From positions 160,001-224,000 of the forward strand of contig CAWFQB010000014.1 in NCBI GenBank assembly GCA_963817895.1: a DNA stretch of 64,000 nucleotides. The letters are read 5' to 3'. Position numbers and translations under genes: made by a program. Every line of letters starts with the position of its first letter. Within the stretch, counting starts at the first letter, position 1. Of this stretch, positions 39,455 to 52,079 are shown piece after piece. The stretch is from an uncultured Chthonomonadaceae bacterium. GTDB lineage: Bacteria; Armatimonadota; Chthonomonadetes; Chthonomonadales; Chthonomonadaceae. Below the pieces are notes generated by a model. The model was not told the origin of the DNA and searched no databases. It saw only the letters and a list, made by a program, of their open reading frames with translations.

Positions 39455-40363
39455 ATGAATATCTATGAAAAGCCTAATCTGCTGTCTATGATGCGCAATC
39501 TTGGTTTAGCGCTGTTCGCCGCTCTCGTCGTTGTTGACCCTTCATGTTGTTATTCGCAGTCTGCTTCGCCTGCCCCTTCAACAGAACAATCCGTATCCTC
39601 AAACAAACCATCCGGCAACGCGATACAGAAGCAGCAAGGCAGTGTTACGCAATCCCCTGCGCAGAGTGTCGCTGACGACGCGGTTATTTTCGTTCGCCCG
39701 CTGGCTGTCGAAGGCGCAAATATCGGTGTCGCGTATCGCGCTAAGGTGTCCCATGCTCTGGTGAAGGCTGATGTAAACCGGCTGCTCACTGCCGGACACT
39801 GGCAGATGGAGGGGCCGCTACAGATTACCGATGAGAGTTTGCACCCGGACCGGCCTAAAGAGTTTCCGCCGACAACAGGCGTTTTCTTCCGGGTGGCGCG
39901 CGCCCCGCAGGTGACGGCCAACGCGCCCAATCTCCTGCCCTACCTCAAAGCTTTTCAGCGCCTTCAACGGTTCGACCTGAATTTTGAACTTGGAACACTG
40001 GAACCTTATCGCGGCGTGACCAGAGTTCAGAATAACGTCGTTGATATTCAGATTGCTGCGCGAGGAGGGATTGTATTCATTTCAAATTAGCGTTCACAAT
40101 CACAAGGAAAACATTCCCACTTTGGCGAATAGTGGGGAAGCCATTGACCATACGCTTGTGAACAATTCTAATGCGCCGGCTTCGCCTGAACAGGGACAAA
40201 TAGAGGCGCGCGCGAATGATGCGCAGGAAACGGACGTCCCGGCGTCCAAATATGCTGTTGGTTGTGACGCTTGGGCTGGTCGCGGGCGTATTGGTTGGGG
40301 GAAGCATTTATGTGGCGATGTCGCGCCACCCCTCGCGCTAATCAAAAATCTGCCGCGCTTTGA
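39455..40363 (+). CDS. Hypothetical exported protein with probable C-terminal membrane anchor (frameshifted)
   Basis: Signal-like N-terminus in ORF 39455, continuing in ORF 40041. A hydrophobic stretch lies in another frame near 40250-40320. Confidence 0.5.
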
Positions 40364-40457
40364 TAAGTCGGCGTATGTCAGGCAATGTACCCGCGTTTGC
40401 AGTGTTCGGCAGAATGTGCCGTTGTGTGTCGTTGTTTCAGAAAGGAACTCTATCCAC

Positions 40458-41600
40458 ATGGAACTTGATCTTGATAAGATGATTCTGGATTCGTTTGCCG
40501 AGTCCGCCTCGGATTTGTTTGTCAAATCGGACAGCCTGCCGTCTATCCGCAAGCATGGGAAAATCACGCGGCTGGAAGGCTATGGGGAACTCAGCTTCGA
40601 TCAGGTGAAAGAATCTGGTGTACAGCAAAATGACGCCGCGCCAGCAGGCGATGTTCGAGCAGCACCATGAGATGGACCTCGCGTTTTCCGTTGGCGAAGG
40701 CCTGCGCATCCGCATGAACATTTACATGCAGCGCGGCGGGCTGCGCGACCGTCTGCCGCCTGATTCCGACAAAAATTCGTTCGCTGGACGAACTCGGCGT
40801 TCCGCCGAAAGTGAAGGATTTTATCACGCACCGCAATGGGCTTGTGCTGATTACCGGGCCGACGGGATCGGGCAAAACGACCACGCTGGCGGCCATGATT
40901 GACCTGCTCAACGCAGACTCGCAAGGTCAACATCATCACGCTGGAAGACCCGATCGAGTTCGTGCATAAGGACAAGGAGGCGATTGTCAGCCAGCGCGAA
41001 ATCGGCATTGATACGGATAACTTCAACGTGGCGCTGCGGCACGTGCTGCGACAGGCGCCGGACATCATTCTCATCGGAGAGATGCGCGATCTGGAGACCA
41101 TGAACATCGCGCTGCAGGCGGCGGAAACCGGCCACCTTGTTTTCGCGACGGTCCACACCGCAAGCGCGGCGGAAACGCTGGATCGTATTTCCAATATGTA
41201 CGCGCCGCACGAACGCCCGATGCTCTGGCTGCGCCTGTCGGTCACGTTGCGCGGCGTGTTGTCGCAAAAACTGCTGCCGCGCGCGGATGGCAAGGGGCGC
41301 GTGGCGGCTATCGAAGTGATGGACGTGACGCCGACGATTATCAAGATGCTGGAAGACGGCAAATCCGATGAGATTTACGCGGCGATCCGGCAGGCGGGCA
41401 CGGAAGCGTACTGGGGTATGCAGACGATGAACCAGTGCCTGCTGCGCTATTACAAGGCGGGCATCATTTCGGAACAGGACGCGCTTGCCAACGCGGGACA
41501 GCCGACGGAACTGCGGCAGATGATTCGTATGGCATACCAGCGCGGGGAAGTGGCCGCGCCGGTTGGGGCGTCACAAAATCCGGCGCATGCGCCACGTTAA
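40458..41600 (+). CDS. pilT: PilT/PilU type IV pilus ATPase (frameshifted)
   Basis: RBS AAGGA; 'ASDLF'; Walker A 'TGPTGSGKTTTLA' (read from DNA near 40855); 'ITLEDPIEF', 'LRQAPDIILIGEMRD', 'AETGHLVFATVHT', 'GMQTMNQ'. Confidence 0.9.
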
Positions 41601-41614
41601 GAGTCTGAGTAGCG

Positions 41615-41660
41615 TCACCCCCGGCCTCTCCTAGCGGCGCAAAGCGCTAGCAGAGGGAGG
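41615..41660 (+). repeat. Degenerate REP-like hairpin repeat
   Basis: tcacccccggcctctcctagcggcgcaaagcgctagcagagggagg. Confidence 0.65.
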
Positions 41661-41775
41661 CCCTTCTTTACGGACAGGGTAGTTTCTTCACGAAATTGTG
41701 GGTTAAGTAGGAAACTGATAAGCGCTTTAAGAGCATAAGTATTTCAGAACGAAGGATGTTCAGGATAATCATACT

Positions 41776-42572
41776 ATGGCAGGAATAATGGAAGGGAAGC
41801 GCGTTCTGGTGACGGGCGTGCGCAACAAATGGTCTATCGCGTGGCATACCGCGCTCTCGCTGCATCGGGAAGGGGCGCAATTGGCGTTTTCCGTGTTCGG
41901 AGATCGGGAAGCCGGGGGCGTGACCAAACTGCTGAAAGAGGCCGAGTTTGATGCGCCCGATATTGCAATGCGATGCTTCGGATGACGCGCAGGTGGACGC
42001 GCTGTTTACGCAAGTAGGCGCAATTGTTTGAGGGCAAACTGGATGGCCTGCTGCATGGCATCGCGTTCGCCAACAGAGAGGATTTGAGCGGGGAGTATGT
42101 CGCCACATCCAAAGCAGGGTTCACTCTGGCGCACGAGAGCAGCGTGTATACGCTTGTCGCGCTGGCGCGGGGCGCGCGGCCGCTGATGCAGGCGGCGGGC
42201 GGCGGCAGCGTGGTGACGCTTACGTATCTGGGCGCGGAGCGGGTTGTGCCGAATTACAATATCATGGGCGTGGCGAAAGCCTCGCTGGAAGCCAGCGTCC
42301 GCTATCTTGCCTCGGATTTGGGGCCGGACAACATCCGCGTCAACGCGGTATCCGCCGGGCCAATCAAAACTCTGGCGGCCAGCGCTATCGGCGATTTCAA
42401 CACCATGCTGAAGCAGTTCGCGGAACGCGCGCCTTTGCGCCGCGCCGTCGACGCGGATGAGGTCGGGGATACGGTCTGCTTCCTGCTCAGTCGGATGGCG
42501 CGGGGCGTGACCGGCGAAGTAATCTACGTGGATTGCGGCTACAACATCATGGGGATGTGGCTAATAAGATGA
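41776..42572 (+). CDS. fabI: Enoyl-ACP reductase (frameshifted near 41960-42025)
   Basis: 'GVRNKWSIAW', 'HGIAFA', 'TLTYLGAERVVPNYNIMGVAKASLE', 'SAGPIKTLA'. Confidence 0.95.
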
Positions 42573-42579
42573 ACACGAT

Positions 42580-43692
42580 ATGACGAGCAGCGACTTCCGT
42601 TTCCGCGTATTTTGCTGGGGCCTGGGCCGAGCAGCGTGACCCCGCGCGTTCTGGAAGCGCTGGCGCGCGCGCCGATCGGCTATCTGGACCCGGAACTCTT
42701 TACACTGCTGGACGAGACTGCGGGCCAATCTGCGGACGGTGTTCGGAACTCGCAATGGCTTTACCATTCCGCTGACCGGAACGGGAATGGCAGGCATGGA
42801 GTGCTGCCTCGCCAATCTGCTGGAGCCGGGGGATAACGTTGTCATCGGCGTTGCCGGGCTTTTTCGGCGGGCGGATGGTGGAAATTTGTCGGCGGCTTGG
42901 CGCAGAGGTGACAGAGGTTGATGCCGAATGGGGACGCATTCTGGAACCGGAACAGTTTGCGACAGCGCTGAAGCCGATGCAAGAACGTGAAACTGGTCGG
43001 CTGCGTTCATGCGGAAACCTCAACGGGCGTTCATCAGCCTCTGGAAGCGATTGTCGCGCTGGCGCATCAGCACGGCGCGTTGTTTTTGGCCGATGCGGTA
43101 ACATCTCTGGGCGGATTGCCCGTAGAGATAGATAAGACGGGCGATAGATGTCTGTTATTCCGGAACGCAGAAGTGCATGGGAGCGCCGCCCGGACTATCG
43201 CCGATCACGGTTTCCGAACGCGCGCTGGAAGCGGCTTTCAACCGGAAAACGCCGCTTGCCGATTGGTTCTTCGATTGGAAGCTGCTGCGCGATTACTATG
43301 ATGGCGCTCACGCCTATCATCATACGGTTCCTGTAAATCTGTATTACGCGCTTCACGCCGCGCTGCAGGAGATCATGGAAGAGGGATTGGAAGCGCGGTT
43401 TGGGCGGCATCAGGACTGTGAGCGCGCAATTGATGGCGGGCTTGCAGGAACTGGGAATTACGCCGTTCGCGCAGGAGGGGCATCGGCTTCCCACGCTGAA
43501 TGCGGTCGAAAATTCCCGACCGATGTGAGCGATGAAGTGGCGGTACGCAAGCGCCTGCTGATGGAATACGGCTTGGAGATCGGCGGCGGGTTGGGGGAAT
43601 TGAAGGGCAAAATCTGGCGCATCGGCACGATGGGCGCGTCGGCTACGCCGCGCAATGTGACGCTTGCTGCTGGCGGCGCTGAAGGCCGCTGA
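42580..43692 (+). CDS. Alanine-glyoxylate/serine-pyruvate aminotransferase, class V (several frameshifts)
   Basis: 'LLGPGPS', 'GTGMAGME', 'VHAETSTGV', 'DAVTSLGG', 'YHHTVP', '[16 protein letters not shown]'. Confidence 0.9.
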
Positions 43693-43753
43693 CTGCAGTC
43701 GAAAGCATACTGATACGAAGCCGGCTTGCCCGAAGCAGGGCAGAGACTGACGA

Positions 43754-44760
43754 ATGGGACTTATTTCCAAAAGAGTCGAAATCGAGCGACATAGTGTTGG
43801 GATCGCTCCCGACGGATGCAGTGGACGCGGGAACGGGGTACGCGCACGCCTGCTGTTGGCGGCTTGCCGTTGCCACGCCGTCTGGTTTGTGGCGACGCAG
43901 GCGCAGGACCATATGCTGCTGCAAAAACATTGGGAGCCGCTCTGACGAATCCACAAGCAGGGCTTGACTGTGGTAGGGACGCTCAACTCGCGCGAAAGCT
44001 ACGACCGCAATCTGTATCAAGATTATTACGGCGAACAAATCTTCGCGCGTGGTGCTGACGGAATACGGCTGGAAGCCATTTTCGACGTGCGGAACGGCCC
44101 GATGTTCGAGGACCGGACGGCGACGCGATTGAGGCCGCGCTGAAGCAGGATGATGTAGTCGGCTATGCTGATGCTGAGCCGTATCTGCGGGCGCGCGCTG
44201 CACAACCAGATGGGCGATACGGGCGCGTACAGAGTATCCGCGAGGAACTGCCGATCGACATTCCCAGACATACCAAAGATGGCGCGGACGAGACACACCA
44301 CTTTAGGCGCGTTGCTGCGGCGGTATGCAGGGCAGGAGGGGCGTGAGGCAGCGACAAGTCGGAGAGTGGCGATACGGGCAGCAACAGCGGCAGGGAGAAA
44401 GAGAATACTGTCACTATTCCTGCGGAAACGCTGATTGAGGCGTGTCCCGTCGTGCTGACGGATGAGCAGTGTACGGGCGCGTGGATAGAGGAGTTGCCGG
44501 GAAATTTATTGACGCCAACGACGTACACGGTGCATCTGGATTTAACGCCGGAAGGCAGGTCGCGCTTTTTTCAGTGGTCGCATGAGCATGTAAATGAGAA
44601 TGTGGTGTTTGTCCTGAACGATCAGGTGGTCGCTGCGCCGCGCGTGACACAGACGCTGAATGTAAGCGATTTCAACATCAGCAACTTGCAGGATAAGAAA
44701 GCGGCGCAATCGGTCGTGGATTATATCACGCGACAGGGTACGAAACAGGCCGTGAAGTAG
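43754..44760 (+). CDS. Hypothetical protein with SecDF P1-head-like C-terminal region (heavily frameshifted)
   Basis: 'VHLDLTPEGRSRF...VFVLNDQVVAAPRV...ISNL...AQSVVDYI' resembles the SecD head subdomain. Confidence 0.5.
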
Positions 44761-44766
44761 CTAAAA

Positions 44767-44895
44767 TATAAGGTGAAAATAGAGGGGCGGGGCCGCGTCG
44801 CGGCCCCAATTTTTTTGGCAGGGCTTAAGCCCTGCCAAAAAAATCGTTTATAGTGAAAACTTGCTTTCGGACTATGCTACATTATCGGACGTTTC
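44767..44895. other. Structured non-coding element, copy B
   Basis: TATAAGG; palindrome 44789-44807; 36-bp perfect palindrome 44809-44844; hairpin 44850-44875; ATTATCGGACGTTTC 44881-44895. Confidence 0.7.
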
Positions 44896-44955
44896 GAGAC
44901 AGCAAAATTAGTTTTATGCTGTCTCGCCTAACTCAATCAGGTACGAAGTACAGGA

Positions 44956-46861
44956 TCAGTATAAGGTGCGCTCATCTGCTACCCTGCGCGTGAACTTAAT
45001 GGTGTCCATGTATTCCAATGCCAGCAGGGAGAAGCGCCGATTGGATTGCGTGAGGTCACGGAAAGCGCCAACGCTGATGCTTTCATGCGCTTGCAGGTAG
45101 TCACGCAGCACGTTTTGAAGCCTTGTTACCGTGGCGGCATGATAGTAGATACCGTCTTCCACTTTTACAAAGCTGGTTGCGTTCCTGTCCCACTTTGAGC
45201 AGGGAAGTGATACGGCATCTACGGGTGTTCTGAGTTCTTTGGCGACCTCTTCAATGGTGGGAACTGCAATATCGTAGCGCTTGTAGATCTCTTCGATTTG
45301 CGCCAGCAATTGCTGTTGTTTTGGGTTTAGCTGTACCTGAAAATCGGCGCGGTGCACAAACGCGCCTTCGGAAGTAAACCGCTGTTCTTTGTGCCAGTGG
45401 GACAGCAGCGAACCAAAGGCTTTGCTGTCTATGTTTTTGCCTGATGCGGCGCGCAGTTCTTCACGCGGCAGGCCGGGACGCAGTGGAAATTGCTCATGAA
45501 AGCGTTCTACAGCTTCTGTCGCGCGTTCGGTCAGCCCATTGCAGTACAAGGGCATGGATGATGCGCTCGTGGGGAAGCGCGACGAGGGTTTGCGCTGTCA
45601 GCAGTGTTTCGATGGCGGAAGCGGCTTCCGTGCGGTGATGCCGACTGGCAGGCGCAATATCGCTCGCAATACGCCCGCAGGCGATTTCAGCAACAGGGTT
45701 TCCACCAAATCTTCCGGCGTACCCCGTTCCCTGGCTTCCAGCGCGGCAAGCGTGGCCGCTTCGCCCTTGCGATGGCGGGCGGGCGTGCGCATCCAGCACA
45801 ATGCCGCCGCCAATAACCGTCATGGGCGAATAGGCGCGGACGACAAACCGGTCGCCGCGCAAGGCGGCGAATTCCGTTTCGCCGCGAAACTGTATATAGG
45901 ATCGTTCTTCCGGCGCTAGCTCGGATTTGTTTTCCAGAATCTCGTATGCGTCCCAGAATTTCCAATGTGCCGATATGGACGCGAACGCGGGCGCGGTCTT
46001 CGAGTAATCTGTCCGCGTTCGGCAGCAGGCGCAACACAGCGTCGAAGGTTGTGGTTGGAACAATGGCTCCGGGCGGCGGCGACCTGCGCGCCTCGTTCCA
46101 ATTCGACAGCATCAATACCGGCAAGGTTGATGGCGACGCGCGAACCGGCTTCGGCTTCAGTGACTTTCTGATTATGCACCTGAAGCCCGCGTACACGCGC
46201 CGTAACTTGTTGCGGCACAATTTCGACCGCATCGCCCGTTCGGATCGTGCCGGAGGCCAGCGTACCGGTAACGACCGTGCCAAATCCGGGGCGCGTAAAC
46301 ACGCGGTCTATGGGCAGGCGGAAAGGGAGGGCGGCGTTGCGGGCTTCGGCGCGGCTGACGGCAGCCATCAGCGACTTTTTTGAGGGCTTCAATGCCTTTG
46401 CCGGTTGTGGAGGATACGCGGATGATGGGCGCATTGGCGAGAAAGGTGTCTTTCAAATGCGCGCGAACATCTTCCTCAACGGCATCCGTCCATTCTTTAT
46501 CCACCATATCCATTTTGGTGAGCGCGACAACGCCGTTTTTTACATCCAGCAGGCGCAGCACGTCCAGATGCTCAACGGTTTGGGGCATCACGCCCTCATC
46601 GGCGGCAATGACGAGCAGAACCACATCCACGCCGCTTGCGCCCGCCAGCATGTTTTTGAGGAAGCGCTCGTGGCCGGGAACGTCCACAATGCCTGCGATG
46701 GTTCCGTCGGGCAGGCGCAGGGAGGCAAAGCCGATGTCAATGGTCATGCCCCGTTCCTGCTCTTCCTTGAGCCGGTCGGGGTTGGTTCCGGTGAGCGCCT
46801 GAATCAGCGTGGTTTTGCCGTGATCTACATGTCCGGCGGTTCCAATGATGACGTGCTTCAT
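44956..46861 (-). CDS. selB: Selenocysteine-specific elongation factor (several frameshifts)
   Basis: '[19 protein letters not shown]', '[10 protein letters not shown]', '[15 protein letters not shown]', '[16 protein letters not shown]'; winged-helix end '[20 protein letters not shown]...TRRVADER'. Confidence 0.95.
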
Positions 46862-46876
46862 GGTGTAGGGAGTAGC

Positions 46877-47896
46877 GTCAGGGATCAGGTCGGAATACAC
46901 TGAGCGAGACATAGGGGCCTTCGCGCAAGATTCGGGTTCTGCTGTGGTGGCGACGGCGTATTGCCAGAGGCGGTCGGGGGCGGCAAAGCCGGATTGGGTT
47001 CCTGCCGCGCCTACCTGTCCGTCTTTGCGAATGGCGATAAGGGCCGCGCCGTAATTGTCGTGAAGTCGGGGATCGCGCTTGCGCAGCAGATAGCGAAGGG
47101 TTTCTTCACAGGCTTCCTGCGCGGTTCGGCCCTGTTCCATGAGCATCACGACTCGGTAGGTGACACATGCCTGCATCATCTCGTCGCCGTGCCCGGTCGC
47201 TGCCGCGCAGCCTACTTCGTTATCCACGTACAGGCCGCTGCCGATGATGGGGGAATCGCCGACACGTCCCGGCACTTTCCACGCCATGCCGCTGGTCGTG
47301 CAGCCGCCTGCCAGATTGCCCTGCCCGTCCAGAGCGCACAGGCCGATGGTATCATGATTGTCCGGCGTCAGTTCAGGAAGCATTTGCGCGTTGGGATGAG
47401 GCCTGCCGTGCGGTTCGCCATAAGGTGAGGAGGTTTTTGGGCCGACATCGAAATGCGCTACATCGGAGGAGTGGGCGTTCTGGTTCCACTCCTGCCATTT
47501 TTGCAGGCTGTCGGGCGTGAGCAGTTCCTGCTCCTGAAAACCCTGCTGAACGGCGAACCGGCGGGCGTTTTCTCCCACAAGCATAACATGCGGCGTTTGC
47601 TCCATCACGCGGCGGGCGACGGAAATAGGGGTTCGGATATTGGTCAGGGCGGCGACCGCTCCCGCCGTATGGTTCAGGCCGTCCATAATGACCGCATCCA
47701 ATTCGACAACACATTCCGCATTGGGACGTCCGCCATAGCCGACCGAATTGACGGCGGGATCGAGTTCGGTGACGTTGGCCGCCGCTTCAATGGCATCCAG
47801 ACGCTGCCGCGCCTGCCCGACAGCTTTCTGCCAGCCTACGCGGGCGGCGGCAATGCCAAACTTCCATGTTGTAACCATTACAGGCTGAACGCTCAT
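46877..47896 (-). CDS. Ntn-hydrolase, N(4)-(beta-N-acetylglucosaminyl)-L-asparaginase family
   Basis: 'SVGYGG.P', 'ELDAVIMDG', autoprocessing site 'HDTIG', 'TTSG...[12 protein letters not shown]', 'ATGHGDE'. Confidence 0.92.
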
Positions 47897-47992
47897 AAAA
47901 TTGAAGACTCCGATTAAGAACACATCCGGTCAAAGTTCAGGACACAACATGTTGTGTCCCTCCGAATGTTTGATTGAATATAACCCGAAATG

Positions 47993-49700
47993 CTATGACG
48001 CTTGAGCCATCGTTTCGCGCCGAAGTTTCTGCTCCTGATACAGCTGGCGGAAAATGTTGAATTTGGCGGCGTGATAGGCGGCGGTGGCCGGGTTCGGATG
48101 GATGCGCTGTCCGGCATGGCTCATGTGCTTCATGGCGGTCAGAACATCCGGGTAGATATCGGCTCCGACTGCGGCTAGAATCGCGCTGCCGAGCAGAACC
48201 GCTTCCGGTTCTTCGGGAAGAACGAGCGTCAAACCCGTAGCGTCCGCGTGTTCCTGTAGCCAGAGGGGGTTTTTCGTTCCGCCGCCCGTGACAAAAAGCG
48301 TATCAATCTGATAGCCCGCCTCATTCATGGCGCGTACTATGTCGCGCGTTCCATAGGCGACTGCCTGCAAGGTGGCATAGTAGCGCAATGCCTGTGAGGT
48401 AAGGGAGGCGTCCAGCGTCAGGCCGTCTATGATGGCATGGGCGTACGGATCGGCATTGGGCGAGCGGTTGCCCAGAAAATACGGCAAAACGTGCAGATCG
48501 CGCGTGAGCAATGCGGAATAGGGCAGATCCTTCCTGTTGCTGTAGACGTTCCAGTTCCGCGTTGAGAAGTTGATAGACTGTAACGCCCTGTTCCCGCGCT
48601 TGCGCGTTCAAAGCAGGCGCATTGGCGTGGTCGGCGATAACGTGGTCTATCGCGCTGCCTGCCGCGCTTTGCCCGCCCTCCGTCAGCCACAGGCCGGGAA
48701 CCATCGCGCCGAAATAGGGTCCCCATATTCCGTTGATGAATTTAGGTTCGCGGGACACGGCCATGTGGCAGTTGCTTGTACCGCCGATGAGGGCAAGCGC
48801 GGTTTCCAGCTTCGCGGTATCGCCTCGCGCTTTGCCTGAACTCGTTTCCAGTATCCTTCTGTTGCGCTGTATTCTGGCTCGTCCTGAAATACGGCTCCCA
48901 GGAGGCCTAATCCGCCCGCGTGAGCGTCTATGATGCCGACGCCGACGTGGCATTGGGTTGTCAGGCCGAGTTCCGCTGCGGCTGCGGGCGTGAGTGTGCC
49001 AAGCGGCGTACCCATCGGGCGAACATCGTTGCCGATTTTCTCGCCTTCCAGCGCGTCGCCAATGCCGATGGCATCAAAGTAATTGCGATCCCACTGCCCA
49101 TTTTGGCCCTCATGCCCTAAATACGTCCATTTGCAAACGACGGTACACAGACTGCGCGCGTTGCTGCCCGTCGAGCGATAGGTCAGGAAGTCGGCCAGAT
49201 CAAGAAACTTCCCGGCCCGTACCCACGTTTGCGGCAAATGCGTTTTCAGCCATTTGAGTTTGGGCGTTTCCATTTCGGGCGACAGGCTGCCGCCGACATA
49301 TTTCAGAACATCGTAGCCGCCCTGATTGATGGCGGCGGTTTCGGCAAGGGCGCGATGATCCATCCAGACGATCACATTGCGGTTATTGTCGCCTTCCATG
49401 TCTACGGTAAGCGGCTTGTCGTCTTATCCAGCACAACAAGGCTGCAAGTGGCGTCGTAACTGATTCCCGCAACCTGTTCGGGCGAAATGCCTGCTGTTTC
49501 TACACAGGCGCGTACCGTTTTGCAGATTGCCTGCCAGATGTCTTCGGAAGACTGCTCCACAAAGTTTGGGCGCGGCTTCCAGGTTTGTATCGGCTCCACA
49601 GCGGAAGCGAGCAGAGCGCCATCAGCCGTGAAAAGTCCGGCTCGCGCGCTGCCCGTTCCCACATCTACGCCGATGATAGGTGAGGTGAGGGTTGTGCTGT
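47993..49700 (-). CDS. FGGY family carbohydrate kinase, D-ribulokinase-like (several frameshifts; start approximate)
   Basis: '[12 protein letters not shown]', 'DATCSLV', 'WMDHRA', 'PEMETPKL', 'IDAHAGG', 'EGGQSAAG', 'GNRSP', 'GGGTKN'. Confidence 0.92.
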
Positions 49701-50549
49701 GAGTTCAGGCTGCAGTTGATTTCTCCCTCAAAGACCTGTTCGGCGGGGCCGGTCATGATGACGCGGTTGTCGCCCATCCATTCGATGCGCAGGTCGCCGC
49801 CGGGCAGATGTACGAGGACGTTACGCCCGGTTTTGTTGTTGAGGACGCAGGCGACCACGCAGGCGCAGGCTCCCGTGCCGCAGGCCAGCGTTTCTCCGGC
49901 GCCGCGCTCCCACGTTCGGACGATGATTTCGCCTGTGCTATTGACCTGAACAAAATGGACATTCGTCCGTTCGGGAAACGCTTTATGATTTTCGATGAGC
50001 GGGCCGAATTTTGCGACGGGAAAATCTTCCACGTGATCTTCAAAAATAATGACATGGGGATTGCCCATAGAAACGGCGGTAATATCGAACTTGCGGCCTT
50101 CCACTTTCAATCCTTCGCCAATCACGCGGCCATTGTCGTCGCCGCGCATGGGGATTTCGGAGCGGAGCAGTTGGGGCTGTCCCATATCCACGCGAACCGC
50201 CTCCACTTTGCCGGCGCGCAGCAAGCAATCGCAGCAGTTTCACGCCCGCCAGCGTTTCCACTTTGACCTGCGTATCCGAACAGAGTTTGCGGTCATAGAT
50301 ATATTTGGCGAAACAGCGGATGCCGTTGCCGCACATTTCGGCTTCGCTGCCGTCGGGGTTGAACATCCGCATCTTGTAATCGGCCACTTTGGAGGGCAGA
50401 ACCAGCAGCAGGCCGTCGCCGCCAATGCCGAACTTGCGGTGACACAGGCGACGGCTGATGTCGCCGTATTGCGCTTCTTCAAGGGTTTCCGTCAGGGCAT
50501 TGACGACAACAAAATCGTTGCCGATGCCGTGCATTTTCGTGAATTTCAC
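49700..50549 (-). CDS. dapF: Diaminopimelate epimerase (frameshift near 50225; 3' end approximate)
   Basis: 'FTKMHGIGNDF', 'GIGGDG', 'NPDGSEAEMCGNGIRC', 'MGNPH', 'WERGAGETLACGTGAC'. Confidence 0.96.
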
Positions 50550-50612
50550 CTTGATTTCACCTTCAACTCCTGCAACCAACCATTGTTCGGGCAACCAGCA
50601 GAGTTGGCAATA

Positions 50613-50966
50613 CTACGCGGCAACTGACGCGGGCACAGGGTTGCCCCTACTCCTGTGAGGAATTCGCGTGTCCCGCGCTTCGCGGCTTTCGCGCGGTTCG
50701 CGCTCCGCGCGTTCGCCCATCGAGTCGCGGTGCGTTTCCTGATAGAAGTTGGATACCGGGCGGGAAGGCACAATGGACGTGACCGCGTGTTTGTACACGA
50801 GTTGGGTGGGCTTGCCGACAGAATCCAGCAGGATGGTGAACGCATCGAAACCGCGCACCATGCCGCGCAATTGAACGCCGCCGATGAGGTAGATGGTGAC
50901 GCCGATATTCTCCTTGCGCACTTGATTCAGAAATATGTCCTGAAGGTTCAACTGGGGTTTGTTCAT
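50613..50966 (-). CDS. hfq: RNA chaperone Hfq with a charged C-terminal tail
   Basis: RBS CAGGAG; '[13 protein letters not shown]...[13 protein letters not shown]...FDAFTILL...[13 protein letters not shown]'. Confidence 0.96.
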   Translation of the reverse strand: MNKPQLNLQDIFLNQVRKENIGVTIYLIGGVQLRGMVRGFDAFTILLDSVGKPTQLVYKHAVTSIVPSRPVSNFYQETHRDSMGERAEREPRESREARDTRIPHRSRGNPVPASVAA

Positions 50967-51045
50967 GTTCAATCTCCTGCCCGATGAAAAAGTTTCGGGA
51001 AAAATAAAACGATTCGGACTTCTGAGAAATTGGTGGTCCCGATTG

Positions 51046-52023
51046 TCAGAGTTCCGACTGAATGGCAGCCGCAACTTCGGCGGCGTTCTGTCCGGCAGAC
51101 GTCCATCCACTGCAATTGCTTGTCGGCGCGAAACCAGGTGAGCTGGCGTTTGGCGAAACGGCGCGTGTTGAATTTGATCTCTTCGATAGCGGCTTCCAGT
51201 TCGTGTTTTGCCCATCAGGTACGCGCAAATCTCTTTGTAGCCCAGACTGTTCATCGCGCTTAAATCGGGCGTATAGCCTCGAAGGATTAATTGGCGCGCT
51301 TCTTCGATAAATCCTGCCGCAATCATGGCATCTACGCGCTTTTCTATGCGCTCGTATAAGTACCTCTCGCGGCAGGGTCAGCCCGAAACGGCGTATGGGC
51401 CTGTGCGGGCGCGTTCGGCGGTCTTCCGCCTGATAAACGGAAAGCGGCGTCTTCGTGACCTGATACACTTCCAGCGCGCGTATGATGCGCAGCGCGTCGT
51501 TGGGGTGCAGGCGGGCCGCTGTTTCCGGGTCTACGGTTTGCAAACGCGCATATAGGTTTTCAATGCCCTGCGCCTTCCGCTCCGCTTCCAGTTCTCTGCG
51601 TACCTGCGAATCGCCCGGCGTGGCGGCAAGGCTCCAGTCTTCCACAAGGGCGCGAATATACAGCCCGGTTCCGCCGCAAACTATGGGCTGTTTGCCGCGC
51701 TCGAAAATGTCTTCAATGGCGGCTTCGGCCTGCGTTTTCCAGTCCGATACCGTAAATTGCTGATCGGGATCGGCGACATCCAGCAGATGAAAGCGGACTC
51801 GGGCCTGCGCTTCCCTATCCGGTTTCGCCGCGCCGATGTCAAGGCCGCGATAGACCTGAACGCTGTCGGCATTGACGATTTCGCCGCCGATACGCTCGGC
51901 CAGTTCCAGCGCGGCGTCGGTTTTGCCGGTTGCCGTCGGCCCGACAATGGCAATGGGTTGCCGCGCCTGGGTCCATAATTTTTGCGCTTCCAAAAGGTTT
52001 GATTTCCCGCGAATGGCAGCCAT
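51046..52023 (-). CDS. miaA: tRNA dimethylallyltransferase (frameshifts near the 3' end)
   Basis: 'GPTATGKT', '[16 protein letters not shown]', 'CGGTGLY', 'RIIRALEV', 'SLGYKE'; directly upstream of hfq. Confidence 0.96.
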   Translation of the reverse strand: MAAIRGKSNLLEAQKLWTQARQPIAIVGPTATGKTDAALELAERIGGEIVNADSVQVYRGLDIGAAKPDREAQARVRFHLLDVADPDQQFTVSDWKTQAEAAIEDIFERGKQPIVCGGTGLYIRALVEDWSLAATPGDSQVRRELEAERKAQGIENLYARLQTVDPETAARLHPNDALRIIRALEVYQVTKTPLSVYQAEDRRTRPHRPIRRFGLTLPREVLIRAHRKARRCHDCGRIYRRSAPINPSRLYARFKRDEQSGLQRDLRVPDGQNTNWKPLSKRSNSTRAVSPNASSPGFAPTSNCSGWTSAGQNAAEVAAAIQSEL

Positions 52024-52079
52024 AAAATTGCTGTCTGATTGGCGCATCACGCGACAACAGTATAGCACAACTATTAGGG

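Noticed and set aside
46172..47923. Apparent asparaginase-SelB fusion ORF (583 aa)
   Set aside because: SelB has its own canonical start ([11 protein letters not shown], 46861), and an alternative frame ends the asparaginase near 46877. One indel in an error-rich region explains it.
50613..51326. Apparent MiaA-Hfq fusion ORF
   Set aside because: hfq has its own RBS and ATG at 50966; the extension is a frameshifted piece of miaA.
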